Shown: piece after piece, positions 9,747 through 18,887 of the stretch
Layout of the letters: each line of letters opens with the position of its first letter
Position numbering within the stretch: the first letter of the stretch is position 1
Made by a program: the position numbers and the translations under genes
DNA from: Chthonomonas calidirosea
GTDB taxonomy: Bacteria; Armatimonadota; Fimbriimonadia; Fimbriimonadales; Fimbriimonadaceae
Length of the DNA: 40,339 bases
Assembly (NCBI GenBank): GCA_945859975.1
Contig: CAMAPH010000026.1
Span: 1-40,339, forward strand
Reading direction: 5' to 3'
The notes under the pieces: generated by a model
Told to the model about the DNA's origin: nothing
The model's input: the letters and a program-made list of their open reading frames with translations, nothing else
The model's database searches: none

Positions 9747-10808
9747 GTGCTTATGATCGCATTGCTGGCTCTCCCACTCGATGATGTTTCTCAGGTCTTA
9801 GCGCGTGCCGATGCCTTTCTTGCAAAGAACGTTTCGTTCGAGGCCGAATACAAGTTCTCTGGCTACCTGATCAAGCGCGAGCCGGTCAAATTACGCATTG
9901 AAAAGCCAGACCGCGTTCGCTTTTGGGCAAACCTAAGCCTGTCGAACTACGAGGTTTCGAGCACAGAGAAGGGCTGGTTGGACGTTGAGCACCGAGACAA
10001 GGTTTACGATGATCCGGGGGTTGCCCAAGGCATTGGACTTCGCGATTCCAGACTTAGCCAAGCGTTTGCGCTCGCATTTCCAAGGTTCCTCATCTCTCCA
10101 AATTTCAGCTCGACGGTGCCGGGCGAGAAAGAACGCGTTCTTACGCGGAACGCAAAGATTGGCAACCTCACCGGCGACCAAATCACTTACGACATGAAGC
10201 AACCCGGAACCTCGGTGCAGTACAAGGTTCTGATTGGTGCGGACGGCAATGTCCTCTATTACATGTTCAAGGTGACGAGCATGAGCGGAAACCAAGAAGG
10301 GACTTGGGAGCTCTCGAAGTTCACGGCAAAGAAGTTCCAGATAAGCGACTTCGTGCTGCGAATACCCGACGACTACTCGCCCGTTACCATTCCGGGCGCC
10401 GGCTCGCCATTGGATGTCGAGAGCAAGTTCGACTTTGGAAACTGGAAGCAGGGGTCAAAGTCGATCAATTTGACGGATCAGTTGAGCAAGCAGACCACCT
10501 TGATCGCGCTGCTTGATTCCAGCAAGCCGTCCGTGGACTGCGAGGCGGCGCTCAAGTCGCTCGAAGCAAAAGGAATCAAGGTCGTTCGACTGAACGGACT
10601 CGTTGGCGAGGGTCCAGCAAAACTGCCTTATGATCCGACCGGGGCTGACCTTCGAAAGCTGAACCCACCGGCCCTGCCGTTCTTCATGCTTCGAAAGAAA
10701 GATGGTCTGCTGAAGCAGTACTGGATGGGCTACGATCCCGCAGAGAGCAAGGCCTGGCAAGAAGACGTGGTTTCTGCAACCAAACGGGCCAGCGCCGGTA
10801 AGGACTAG
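9747..10808 (+). CDS. Hypothetical exported protein (LolA-like N-terminal region plus degenerate thioredoxin-like C-terminal region)
   Basis: Short hydrophobic N-terminus. Beta-rich 'IEKPDRVRF' region. C-terminus 'LP.FMLRKKDG.L...WMGY' resembles the end of redoxin folds. No CxxC. Confidence 0.6.
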   Translation: MLMIALLALPLDDVSQVLARADAFLAKNVSFEAEYKFSGYLIKREPVKLRIEKPDRVRFWANLSLSNYEVSSTEKGWLDVEHRDKVYDDPGVAQGIGLRDSRLSQAFALAFPRFLISPNFSSTVPGEKERVLTRNAKIGNLTGDQITYDMKQPGTSVQYKVLIGADGNVLYYMFKVTSMSGNQEGTWELSKFTAKKFQISDFVLRIPDDYSPVTIPGAGSPLDVESKFDFGNWKQGSKSINLTDQLSKQTTLIALLDSSKPSVDCEAALKSLEAKGIKVVRLNGLVGEGPAKLPYDPTGADLRKLNPPALPFFMLRKKDGLLKQYWMGYDPAESKAWQEDVVSATKRASAGKD

Positions 10809-10811
10809 AAC

Positions 10812-11801
10812 ATGAAGAATCCGCTACCAGCGATCTTATGGTTCATTCTGTCGGCGATTGGACTCGCCATCCTGAAGCCGGGCGGCTCGCCCGAAGCGTT
10901 CGGCACCTTCGTGATTTGGAGCGCGGCAAGCTTGCTCCTTGCGAACATCTTCCGAATGGCCGCGCAGTGGGAAAAATCTCTGGTTTTTCGACTTGGAAAG
11001 TTCCAAGCGGTCAAGGGGCCGGGCGTATTCACGGTTATCCCGTTCATCGACTCCACCCGGACAGTTGATACGCGAATTCAGACCATCGACATTCCGCGGC
11101 AGGAAGCAATCACCAAAGATAACGTTCCCGTCACGCTCGACGGCGTTATCTTCATGCGGGTGGTGCATCCCGAGAACGCGATCATCCAGGTTCAGGATTA
11201 CATTCACGCGATTCGACAGTACGCCTTGACCACGCTACGAGACGTTGTTGGTACGGTCACGCTTGACCAACTTCTGGCCGACCGCGAGGCGCTCGGCGAG
11301 CGGATTGAGCGCATGGTGGAAAAGGAGATCGACGGCTGGGGACTTGAAGTTCCGGGCATTCGAATCCAGGACATCATCCTTCCGGAAGACCTGAAGCGAG
11401 TTATGTCGCGAGAAGCTTCTGCCGAACGAGAAAAGCGCGCGAACATTACGAAATCGGAAGGCGACCGCGATGCGGCCTCCAACCTCGCTGCCGCTGCGGC
11501 AACAATGCACGCATCTCCCGGCGCGCTTCAACTTCGAACCCTGCAGACGCTCGACAGCCTGGGAACATCCTCGGCAAACACCGTCGTTCTCGCGGTGCCC
11601 GTTGATGTGATGCAAGCGATCCAGTCGGTGCCGAGCTTGGCAACCGCCGCAACCAGGGCGCTTGACCATATCGATAAGCAAGTCGCGCTGCCAGAGGCGG
11701 CAAAGGCGGTAGCCCCAGTGACGGTGCCGCTCGCCGACAGCTTCTTCAAGGCAAAGGCAGAAGTCGCCACCGACGTGGAAACCGTCACCGAGTCCGCGTA
11801 G
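10812..11801 (+). CDS. SPFH/stomatin (slipin) family protein
   Basis: VFRLGKF...GPG...IPFID, QEAITKDNV, TTLRDVVG, AEREKRA and ALQLRTLQTL motifs. Confidence 0.93.
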   Translation: MKNPLPAILWFILSAIGLAILKPGGSPEAFGTFVIWSAASLLLANIFRMAAQWEKSLVFRLGKFQAVKGPGVFTVIPFIDSTRTVDTRIQTIDIPRQEAITKDNVPVTLDGVIFMRVVHPENAIIQVQDYIHAIRQYALTTLRDVVGTVTLDQLLADREALGERIERMVEKEIDGWGLEVPGIRIQDIILPEDLKRVMSREASAEREKRANITKSEGDRDAASNLAAAAATMHASPGALQLRTLQTLDSLGTSSANTVVLAVPVDVMQAIQSVPSLATAATRALDHIDKQVALPEAAKAVAPVTVPLADSFFKAKAEVATDVETVTESA

Positions 11802-11825
11802 TTTCCTGAAAGCTCATAATAGGAA

Positions 11826-14393
11826 ATGACCCCGCAGACGCCCATGCTCCGGCAGTACTTTGCCGTAAAGGCGGAGCATCCGGGCGTCTTGATGGCCATT
11901 CGGATCGGGGACTTTTACGAGTTTTACGGCGAAGACGCCGAACTCGCTGCCGCCTCGGCCGAGATCACGCTGACCGGCCGCGAGGACGGAAGCAATGGTC
12001 GCATCCCAATGGCCGGGGTTCCTTTTCACAGCATCGAAAAGTATCTAATCCGGCTGATCCAAAAGGGACACAAGGTCGCCCTATGCGAGCAGCTGGAGGA
12101 CCCGAAGCAAGCAAAGGGACTCGTAAAGCGAGGCGTGACTCGGGTGCTCACTCCGGGCACTTTGGTCGAGGACTCGATGCTTTCGAGCGGGCAGAACAGC
12201 TACCTCGCCGCGATCTGCGTTCAGAAAGATCGGACGGGGCTGGCGATTCTCGACCCTAGCACGGGCGAGTTTAACGTTACGGAAGTCTCGAATGACCGCG
12301 CGCAGGAACTCCTGTTTCCAGAACTGGCTCGCATTCGGCCAGCGGAGTTGCTGTACGGTCCGGACGCGGACCCGTTTGCGGAGATGGCGCAGCAGGCTTT
12401 GGGGACGGTGACTTCGGGGCAGCCGTCGCTTGCCTTGGAACGAGCCACTCGAAAGCTTTTGCAGCAGTTTCAGGCCGGAAACCTGGCCGGATTCGGCTGC
12501 GAAGACAAACCAGGGGCGGTCATTGCCGCATCGATGGTACTGGCTTACGCGGAGAAAAACGGGCTCCCGCTGCAGCACATCGAACAGCTTTCCACCTACT
12601 CGGTGGATGGCTTCATGCGGCTCGATCCCTCGACCCGTCGTTCGCTGGAACTGACGCAGAACTTGCACGACGGCTCGAAGCGCTTCACGCTTTTGGCGGC
12701 ATTAGACCAGACACTAACTCCGATGGGTGCAAGGTTGATCCGGCGCTGGATTGAGCAGCCGCTGCTGGATCAAGGCACGATTCAGGCTCGACTCGACGCG
12801 GTGGAACGGCTGATCAGCAATCCGATGGCGCGAGGCGATTTGCGCGATCTGCTCAGCAAGGTCGCCGATCTTGAGCGATTGGTGGCGCGGTGCAGCACGG
12901 GTCACGCGAACCCTCGTGATCTGGTTGCCCTGCGGGCATCGCTTCTAGCGTTGCCGTTTTTGGAAGATCCGCTGGTTAAGGTGGCGCTCGGTCGGCTGTT
13001 TGAACTGAAGCAAGACCTAGCGGACCACCGAGAGTTGGCGAACTATCTGAGCCAAGCCTTGGTCGATGATCCGCCGTTCTCGGTGCGAGAAGGCGGACTG
13101 ATTCGGCCCGAATTTGACTCGGAGCTCGACAAGCTGCGCGAACTTGCCCGGGACGGAAAATCATTCATTGCGGCACTTGAGAAAACCGAGCGCGAAAAGA
13201 CGGGCATCAACTCGCTGAAGGTCGGATTCAACAACGTTTTTGGCTACTACTTGGAGGTGAGCAAACAGTTCTCCGCCAACGTGCCGGACACTTACATCCG
13301 AAAGCAAACCACGGCTAATGCGGAGCGGTACATCACGGCAGAGCTTAAAGATCAGGAGTCGCTCGTCCTCGGCGCGCAGGAGAAATCGTCCGAGCTCGAG
13401 TCGCATCTCTTCTTCCGAGTCCGGCAACGGGTCGCAGAGAACGCCGGGAGCCTGTTGCAATCGGCGCGTGCATTGGCCGAGCTTGACGTCCTAGCCACTT
13501 TTGCCGAAGTCTCGGTTCGCAATCGCTACGTGAAGCCGGCCTTCTCGGAGAGTGACGAAATTCGGCTCCGGGCTGGGCGACACCCCGTTGTGGAACTTGC
13601 GAGCGCCTCGTTTGTGCCGAACGATACTGACCTTGGCGAAAAGCGGATCATGATTTTGACCGGGCCGAACATGGCCGGAAAGTCGACCTTCCTGCGGCAG
13701 AACGCGTTGATCCAGCTGATGTCGCAGGTGGGGTGCTTTGTGCCCGCCGAGTCGGCTACGTTGAGCCTCTGCGATCGCATCTTTGCCCGGATCGGAGCGA
13801 AGGATGAGCTCGCGCTTGGACAGAGCACCTTCATGGTGGAGATGCTGGAGAGCGCGAACATCCTCAACCACGCCACTCCGCGCTCGCTGGTGATCTTGGA
13901 CGAGGTCGGCCGGGGTACGAGCACGTTTGACGGCCTCGCGATTGCCTGGGCGATGATTGAGCACCTGGCGGAGATTGGGGCGAAGGCGCTTTTTGCAACG
14001 CACTATCACCAGCTCAACGCTTTGGCCGACCAACTACCCAGCCTTGCCAACTACCGGGTCGCGGTAGAAGAGATCGGACAGGACATCGTGTGGACCCACC
14101 GTGTTTTGCCAGGAGGTACCGATCGGTCCTACGGAATTCACGTTGCGCAGCGCGCGGGGGTTCCAGCTAGTGTTCTCCGCCGCGCACGCGAGGTACTCGC
14201 CGACTTGGAGCAAACCAACGACGCGCCCAAATCGGTGCCTCTGCAGCATCAAAAGCTTCAGTTAACGCTGTTCGACGTGGAGGAGCCTGCGGTGGTACAG
14301 GCGTTGAAAGACCTCGACGTTAACCAGCTAACGCCAATTCAGGCACTTCGTCTGCTGGATGACTGGAAGCGTCAATTCGGGACTGGGGGATAA
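11826..14393 (+). CDS. mutS: DNA mismatch repair protein MutS
   Basis: TPMLRQY, RIGDFYEFY, Walker A TGPNMAGKST, STFMVEM, DEVGRGTST, FATHYHQL, SYGIHVA. Confidence 0.99.
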   Translation: MTPQTPMLRQYFAVKAEHPGVLMAIRIGDFYEFYGEDAELAAASAEITLTGREDGSNGRIPMAGVPFHSIEKYLIRLIQKGHKVALCEQLEDPKQAKGLVKRGVTRVLTPGTLVEDSMLSSGQNSYLAAICVQKDRTGLAILDPSTGEFNVTEVSNDRAQELLFPELARIRPAELLYGPDADPFAEMAQQALGTVTSGQPSLALERATRKLLQQFQAGNLAGFGCEDKPGAVIAASMVLAYAEKNGLPLQHIEQLSTYSVDGFMRLDPSTRRSLELTQNLHDGSKRFTLLAALDQTLTPMGARLIRRWIEQPLLDQGTIQARLDAVERLISNPMARGDLRDLLSKVADLERLVARCSTGHANPRDLVALRASLLALPFLEDPLVKVALGRLFELKQDLADHRELANYLSQALVDDPPFSVREGGLIRPEFDSELDKLRELARDGKSFIAALEKTEREKTGINSLKVGFNNVFGYYLEVSKQFSANVPDTYIRKQTTANAERYITAELKDQESLVLGAQEKSSELESHLFFRVRQRVAENAGSLLQSARALAELDVLATFAEVSVRNRYVKPAFSESDEIRLRAGRHPVVELASASFVPNDTDLGEKRIMILTGPNMAGKSTFLRQNALIQLMSQVGCFVPAESATLSLCDRIFARIGAKDELALGQSTFMVEMLESANILNHATPRSLVILDEVGRGTSTFDGLAIAWAMIEHLAEIGAKALFATHYHQLNALADQLPSLANYRVAVEEIGQDIVWTHRVLPGGTDRSYGIHVAQRAGVPASVLRRAREVLADLEQTNDAPKSVPLQHQKLQLTLFDVEEPAVVQALKDLDVNQLTPIQALRLLDDWKRQFGTGG

Positions 14394-14730
14394 CCGCCAC
14401 GGCTTCCGGGTGCTCCTCGGACCATGCGGCCAGAGCGGCGAGCGGCGCTTTCAGCGAATCGCCGAGAGGCGTGAGGCCGTACTCCACCCGGGGTGGCACT
14501 TCGGCATAAACGGTTCGCGTGACCAGACCCCGGAGCTCAAACTCGCGAAGGGTGCGCGTGAGTTCTTTCTGGGTCACCCGGCCGATGCTGCGCCGGAGTT
14601 CGCCAAAGCGAATTGGGCCCTGTGCACGGTGCAGATGAAAGAGGACCGGTAACGCCCAGCGTCCAGACAAGAAATCCAGGAGGCGCACCATTGGGCAACC
14701 GGAACAACCAGTTTCGGACTTGTTTTCCAC
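14320..14730 (-). CDS. HxlR-family winged-helix transcriptional regulator
   Basis: CP...LDFLSGRW, RFGELRR, TQKELTRTLRE, RTVYAEVPPRVEYGLTPLG. Start chosen at GTG 14730 (uncertain). 3' end overlaps mutS. Confidence 0.9.
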   Translation of the reverse strand: MENKSETGCSGCPMVRLLDFLSGRWALPVLFHLHRAQGPIRFGELRRSIGRVTQKELTRTLREFELRGLVTRTVYAEVPPRVEYGLTPLGDSLKAPLAALAAWSEEHPEAVAVIPQSRIDASSHPADEVPELALAG

Positions 14731-14818
14731 TTGATCTACTTTACGCCGACGCCTAAGATTAATGTATATGCTATGCAGATTTGCGGGAGATGATGCAATT
14801 ATTTCCGCAACGAACGGC

Positions 14819-15751
14819 TTATTTGAACCTGCGCAAACGCGATTCGTGGTCAATCATCCAGTCCCCGAGTTGCGCGTTCCATTGGTAGCCGGTTGCCTCA
14901 ATACGGATGTCCGCGGTTTCCAAGCCGAGTTGGGATAGCTCGCTGGCCCAACGTCCAGACTTCGAACGGAACCGATGTTGAGCGTGATACACCGCCATGA
15001 GCCGTGCTCGCTCAGGCTCCAAGGTCGGGGTTGGCAGGGGTGTTCCGTCCGAGAATTGTAGAAGTCCCCAATGCTCTGGCTGGTGCATATCGACGACGCC
15101 TTGCGGAGACCAGACCCAGTTGTCTTCGGGCAAACCGGGACGCTTCACGTACCTGCCTTCGATGATGTCGGTGATCCATTGGACGCGGGAGAAGTTAATG
15201 CGCCAGACGTCTCCGGGTTTTGGAGGGCAAGTTGTTCCGGCGATCTGTTTGAGCGCGGCGAAGGGAATGGCCACCTCTAAGGTCCAGCCCTCATCGGTGT
15301 CTCGGGAGTCGTTGAGGGTGCCACGAATGTGGACAGCGGAACGGAGTCCGGCGAGCTCAAATCCATCCACCGGCGGACCGCCATCGCGGTACGGCTTCAC
15401 GAGAAGGAGGTCCCACGTCGTGTTCAGGGCGTTCATTTCGAACTCGGCGTAGAGATGGTTATCGCCGTCGGGGTCGAGGAAAATCTCGAAATCGTTGTCT
15501 TGAAAGATGACCGAATCGTGCTCGGTGAGGGTGCCCCACACGTGCGGTTCTTCGAGTTCCGCCCCGATGTACAGGTACTGCGAATCCCAGAGCATTTTCG
15601 CGCGGGTTCGGAAACGAGGCTTCTTCGCTTCTGGGCCGAGGATGTCGACAAAGTCCTCCGTCCACGGTGCATTCATCCACGCTGGGTGGTCGAGCCGGCC
15701 GTTGATGCTGAACGGCACATCGAGCTTTGGGCAAACGTAGTGGTTCGGCAT
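14819..15751 (-). CDS. Carbohydrate-binding family 9-like (DUF1083-type) protein
   Basis: INGRLD...W..APWT..F.DI, MLWD..YLY, DFEIFLDPDGD, WRINFSRVQW, NWVWSPQG.VDMH.PE.WG. ATG 15751 lies 1 nt after the argJ stop. Confidence 0.85.
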   Translation of the reverse strand: MPNHYVCPKLDVPFSINGRLDHPAWMNAPWTEDFVDILGPEAKKPRFRTRAKMLWDSQYLYIGAELEEPHVWGTLTEHDSVIFQDNDFEIFLDPDGDNHLYAEFEMNALNTTWDLLLVKPYRDGGPPVDGFELAGLRSAVHIRGTLNDSRDTDEGWTLEVAIPFAALKQIAGTTCPPKPGDVWRINFSRVQWITDIIEGRYVKRPGLPEDNWVWSPQGVVDMHQPEHWGLLQFSDGTPLPTPTLEPERARLMAVYHAQHRFRSKSGRWASELSQLGLETADIRIEATGYQWNAQLGDWMIDHESRLRRFK

Positions 15752-15752
15752 C

Positions 15753-16907
15753 TTAGGTGTGATATTCGGCATTAATGCGAACGTAGCCGTAGCCAAAGTC
15801 GCAGGTGTAGACGGTCTCGGACTCGCCGGGTCCCAAATAGAGATCAACGATCACATGGTCGGACTTGAGGCCGCTCGAGACTTTCTTAGGATCAAACGGC
15901 GCAGGTGATCCCGCTTCGAAGAGCACATGGTCTTCGCCGTTCGATTTGAGGGTCAGGACGATGCCGTCCATTTCAAACGGAATTTCTGCTTTTCCGGCGG
16001 CCATAAGGATGCGGCCCCAGTTAGGATCGCACCCGAACATCGCAGTTTTGACCAGCGGCGAATTCGCGATGCTTTCGGCAATCCGTCGGGGGTTTGCGGA
16101 ACCGGTGACCTGAATCTCGAGGAGCTTGGTCGCACCTTCACCGTCGCGCGCGATTTGGCGAGAGAGCGAGTCGGCGACTTCGAGCAAGGCTCGTTCGAAC
16201 TCCGCTTCCGATGGCGTTTCGCCCGAGAGTCCATTGGCTAGCAGCAGCGCCATGTCGTTGGTGCTGGTGTCGCTGTCGACGGTGACTCGGTTGAAGGAGC
16301 GATCCATGACACGCTTCCACATGGCTTGGAGGTCATAGTCACCAATCGCAGCGTCCGTGACGACAAAGGCGAGCATGGTCGCCATGTTTGGCGAGATCAT
16401 GCCGGAGCCTTTGGCGACACCGAGGATTTGGGCTCCGCCGATGGTCGCCGAGGCGTGCTTCTCAACCAAGTCGGTCGTTAGAATCGCGTCCATGAAAGGG
16501 CGGACGTCCGCGCCGAGCTGGGACGCAGCGCTGAAGACGCCTCGCTCGACTTTGGCCATGTCGAGAAGCTGGCCGATGACTCCGGTAGAGGCAACGGCGA
16601 CGGGCTGGTCTTCTAAGTTCAGCGCAGCGACGGCCAATTGGGCCATTCGGGCGGTGTCACGCGCCCCTTGCTCACCGGTGCAGCAGTTAGCGTTACCGCT
16701 ATTGACGACCAAGGCGCGCAGGGTGCCGGTGCTCAGGACGGCGCGTGAATGGTCCACGCAGGCCGCGCGGACGACGTTCTGGGTGAAGACTCCGGCCGCT
16801 CGGGCGGGAACATCAGACACCAACAAGCCGAGGTCGTTCCGCTTGTTCTTTAACCCGCAACGCACCCCCGCAAATTGAAATCCTTTTGGTCCCGTTAGCA
16901 AACTCAT
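15753..16907 (-). CDS. argJ: Ornithine acetyltransferase / N-acetylglutamate synthase
   Basis: GVFTQN, NSGNANCCTG, STGVIG, ILTTD, KGSGMISPNMATML (autocleavage site), DSDTSTND, DGEGATK, NWGR, INAEYHT. Confidence 0.98.
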   Translation of the reverse strand: MSLLTGPKGFQFAGVRCGLKNKRNDLGLLVSDVPARAAGVFTQNVVRAACVDHSRAVLSTGTLRALVVNSGNANCCTGEQGARDTARMAQLAVAALNLEDQPVAVASTGVIGQLLDMAKVERGVFSAASQLGADVRPFMDAILTTDLVEKHASATIGGAQILGVAKGSGMISPNMATMLAFVVTDAAIGDYDLQAMWKRVMDRSFNRVTVDSDTSTNDMALLLANGLSGETPSEAEFERALLEVADSLSRQIARDGEGATKLLEIQVTGSANPRRIAESIANSPLVKTAMFGCDPNWGRILMAAGKAEIPFEMDGIVLTLKSNGEDHVLFEAGSPAPFDPKKVSSGLKSDHVIVDLYLGPGESETVYTCDFGYGYVRINAEYHT

Positions 16908-16942
16908 GAGCTTAGGAAGCTACCGCAATTTCGCGGCGATCT

Positions 16943-17947
16943 TTAGGGCCAGAGTCCGTGGATCGGCAAACCGGCGGTTTCAGGAAGCCCAAAGGCGAGA
17001 TTGAGGTTCTGGATCGCATTGCCGCTGGCACCCTTGACCAGGTTGTCCAGAACAGCAATCGCGATGACAAAGCCAGTGTGAGGATCGTGGGTTGCGTAGA
17101 CGTCGCAACGGTTAGAGCCGAGGACATGCTTGGTCTGGGGCGGGGTGTGAACCACCCGGACGAACGGTTCGTTTTCGTAGGCACGTTCCAATACGGAAAT
17201 TGGATCGGTGCAGGTGGATGGGAATTGGATCGTGGCGTGGAGGCCGCGGGGCACGGGGACAAGATGCGGGGTGAATCGAACAGCGATACCGATGTTCTGT
17301 TCAATTTCGGGAATGTGCCGGTGACCGGTGATCTTGTAAGCGTAGACGGAGCCGTCAAGTTCGGAGAAGAGATAGGCAGTTTCAGCCCGTGACCTTCCTG
17401 CTCCGGAGACACCCGTTTTGGTGTCGATGACCGGTGTGCCGCTGACCAGACCGGCTTTGGCGAATGGGTTCAGCGCAAGGGTGCTTGCCGCGACATGACA
17501 ACCGGCATTTGCGATGATGTGCGCTTCGCGGATGCTTGCATGATCGGTGATCTCGGGCAATCCGTAAACCGCACGAATTCCTTCCGGAAGCGTGGCCGGT
17601 TCAAGGCCGTAGGCGGCGCGGAAGGCCTCGGCATCTTTCAATCGGAAGTCGGCAGATAGGTCGATCACGCGCATTCGCTGCGCCAACTCGGCCGCATGGT
17701 GGAGGGCGAAACCACTTTCTTGGCAAAGGAAAACTGCATCGACATCGAGGCTGGCTGGATCGAAACTTGAAAGGACAAGCTCGCAATCGAGCCACGGACA
17801 GTGGGCGGAGAGTAGCTCGCCGGCATGTCGGCCAGAAGTGACCACCGCGATCTCCACGTTCGGATGGCTACTGAGCAGCCGCACGAGCTCCGCGCCGGTA
17901 TATCCGGTTGCGCCGACAATCCCGATGCGAATTTTGGTGGGCATCAT
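16943..17947 (-). CDS. argC: N-acetyl-gamma-glutamyl-phosphate reductase
   Basis: GATGYTGAELVRLL, IDLSADFRL, YGLPE, ANAGC, GVSGAGR, HRHIPEI, DNLVKGASG. Confidence 0.97.
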   Translation of the reverse strand: MMPTKIRIGIVGATGYTGAELVRLLSSHPNVEIAVVTSGRHAGELLSAHCPWLDCELVLSSFDPASLDVDAVFLCQESGFALHHAAELAQRMRVIDLSADFRLKDAEAFRAAYGLEPATLPEGIRAVYGLPEITDHASIREAHIIANAGCHVAASTLALNPFAKAGLVSGTPVIDTKTGVSGAGRSRAETAYLFSELDGSVYAYKITGHRHIPEIEQNIGIAVRFTPHLVPVPRGLHATIQFPSTCTDPISVLERAYENEPFVRVVHTPPQTKHVLGSNRCDVYATHDPHTGFVIAIAVLDNLVKGASGNAIQNLNLAFGLPETAGLPIHGLWP

Positions 17948-17975
17948 TCCATCATCGTGTCACAATAACGATGTT

Positions 17976-18338
17976 ATGAAGATGTTCGCCGGTATCGTTC
18001 TCGTTTCCCTCGCCGCCGCGGCGATGGCCGATGATAAGGCTTGCTGCCAGAAGGCAAAGAACCCAGACGCCGAGTTTTTGGCGATGGCGCAGGAAATGAC
18101 CGAGAAGGCAGAAGGTAAGAAGGCTTGCTGCATGGCCAAGGCCGTACCGGTTGCGAAGGCGGAAGGCAAGTGCTGCGTCGCAATGGGCACCCAGGCCAAA
18201 TTCAAGGTCTTTGTCGCAGGCCAAGGCTACAAGTTCTTTGGCTGCCAGGAAATGGCCGGTTCGGGCCGCGCCGCATTGATCGCTAAGGGCGCGAAAGTTG
18301 GTCCAGTCCAGCCTCGTCTTTCCGTTAAGAGTCTCTAA
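17976..18338 (+). CDS. Small exported Cys-rich hypothetical protein (three CC motifs)
   Basis: Start ATG 17976 gives MKMFAGIVLVSLAAAAMA (signal peptide), followed by KACC, KACC, KCC and YKFFGC. Confidence 0.8.
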   Translation: MKMFAGIVLVSLAAAAMADDKACCQKAKNPDAEFLAMAQEMTEKAEGKKACCMAKAVPVAKAEGKCCVAMGTQAKFKVFVAGQGYKFFGCQEMAGSGRAALIAKGAKVGPVQPRLSVKSL

Positions 18339-18350
18339 CCAGCAGGTGCT

Positions 18351-18375
18351 TCCTCCAACTAACTCGGTTGGAGGA
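18351..18375 (+). promoter_or_regulatory. Hairpin sequestering the SD of the TlpA gene (or a weak terminator)
   Basis: TCCTCCAAC-taactcg-GTTGGAGGA perfect 9-bp stem containing GGAGGA, 8 nt before ATG 18384. Confidence 0.55.
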
Positions 18376-18383
18376 GTCTTTCC

Positions 18384-18887
18384 ATGAAGAACATCAGAAT
18401 CTCACGCGGAGTGCAGTTCGCTGCCTTTTTCCTCGGTGCATCGCTCTTAGCCGGGTGTGCCGAGGAAGGCATTTCGGCAGGAGCGATCGCGCCTGACTTT
18501 GAGGTGGATTCACTTGCGATCAATGGTAAACCGAAGACCCTTAGCAGCCTCAAGGGCAAGGTCGTGATCGTAGACTTTTGGGCGACGTGGTGCGGGCCGT
18601 GCCGCCAGTCCTTCCCCCACATGCAGGAAATGTACGAGAAGTACAAAGATAAGGGGTTTGAAATCGTCGCGATCTCGGATGAGGACGAGGGCAAGATCAA
18701 CGAATTTATTCGGAACAACAACTACCGTTTTGGTTTCTACCGAGACTCGTTCCGAACCGCGTACAGCGCATACAAAGTCAGCGCGCTCCCGACGACTTTT
18801 GTTGTGAACCGAGATGGAAACATCGTTGGCAGCGTCATGGGCTTTTCGCCGAACGAGCTGCAAAAGATGGTCGAGTCCGCGCTCTAG
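18384..18887 (+). CDS. TlpA/ResA-like thiol-disulfide oxidoreductase lipoprotein
   Basis: Lipobox LAGC, APDF, LKGKVVIVDFWATWCGPC, cis-Pro motif ALPTTF. Confidence 0.95.
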   Translation: MKNIRISRGVQFAAFFLGASLLAGCAEEGISAGAIAPDFEVDSLAINGKPKTLSSLKGKVVIVDFWATWCGPCRQSFPHMQEMYEKYKDKGFEIVAISDEDEGKINEFIRNNNYRFGFYRDSFRTAYSAYKVSALPTTFVVNRDGNIVGSVMGFSPNELQKMVESAL

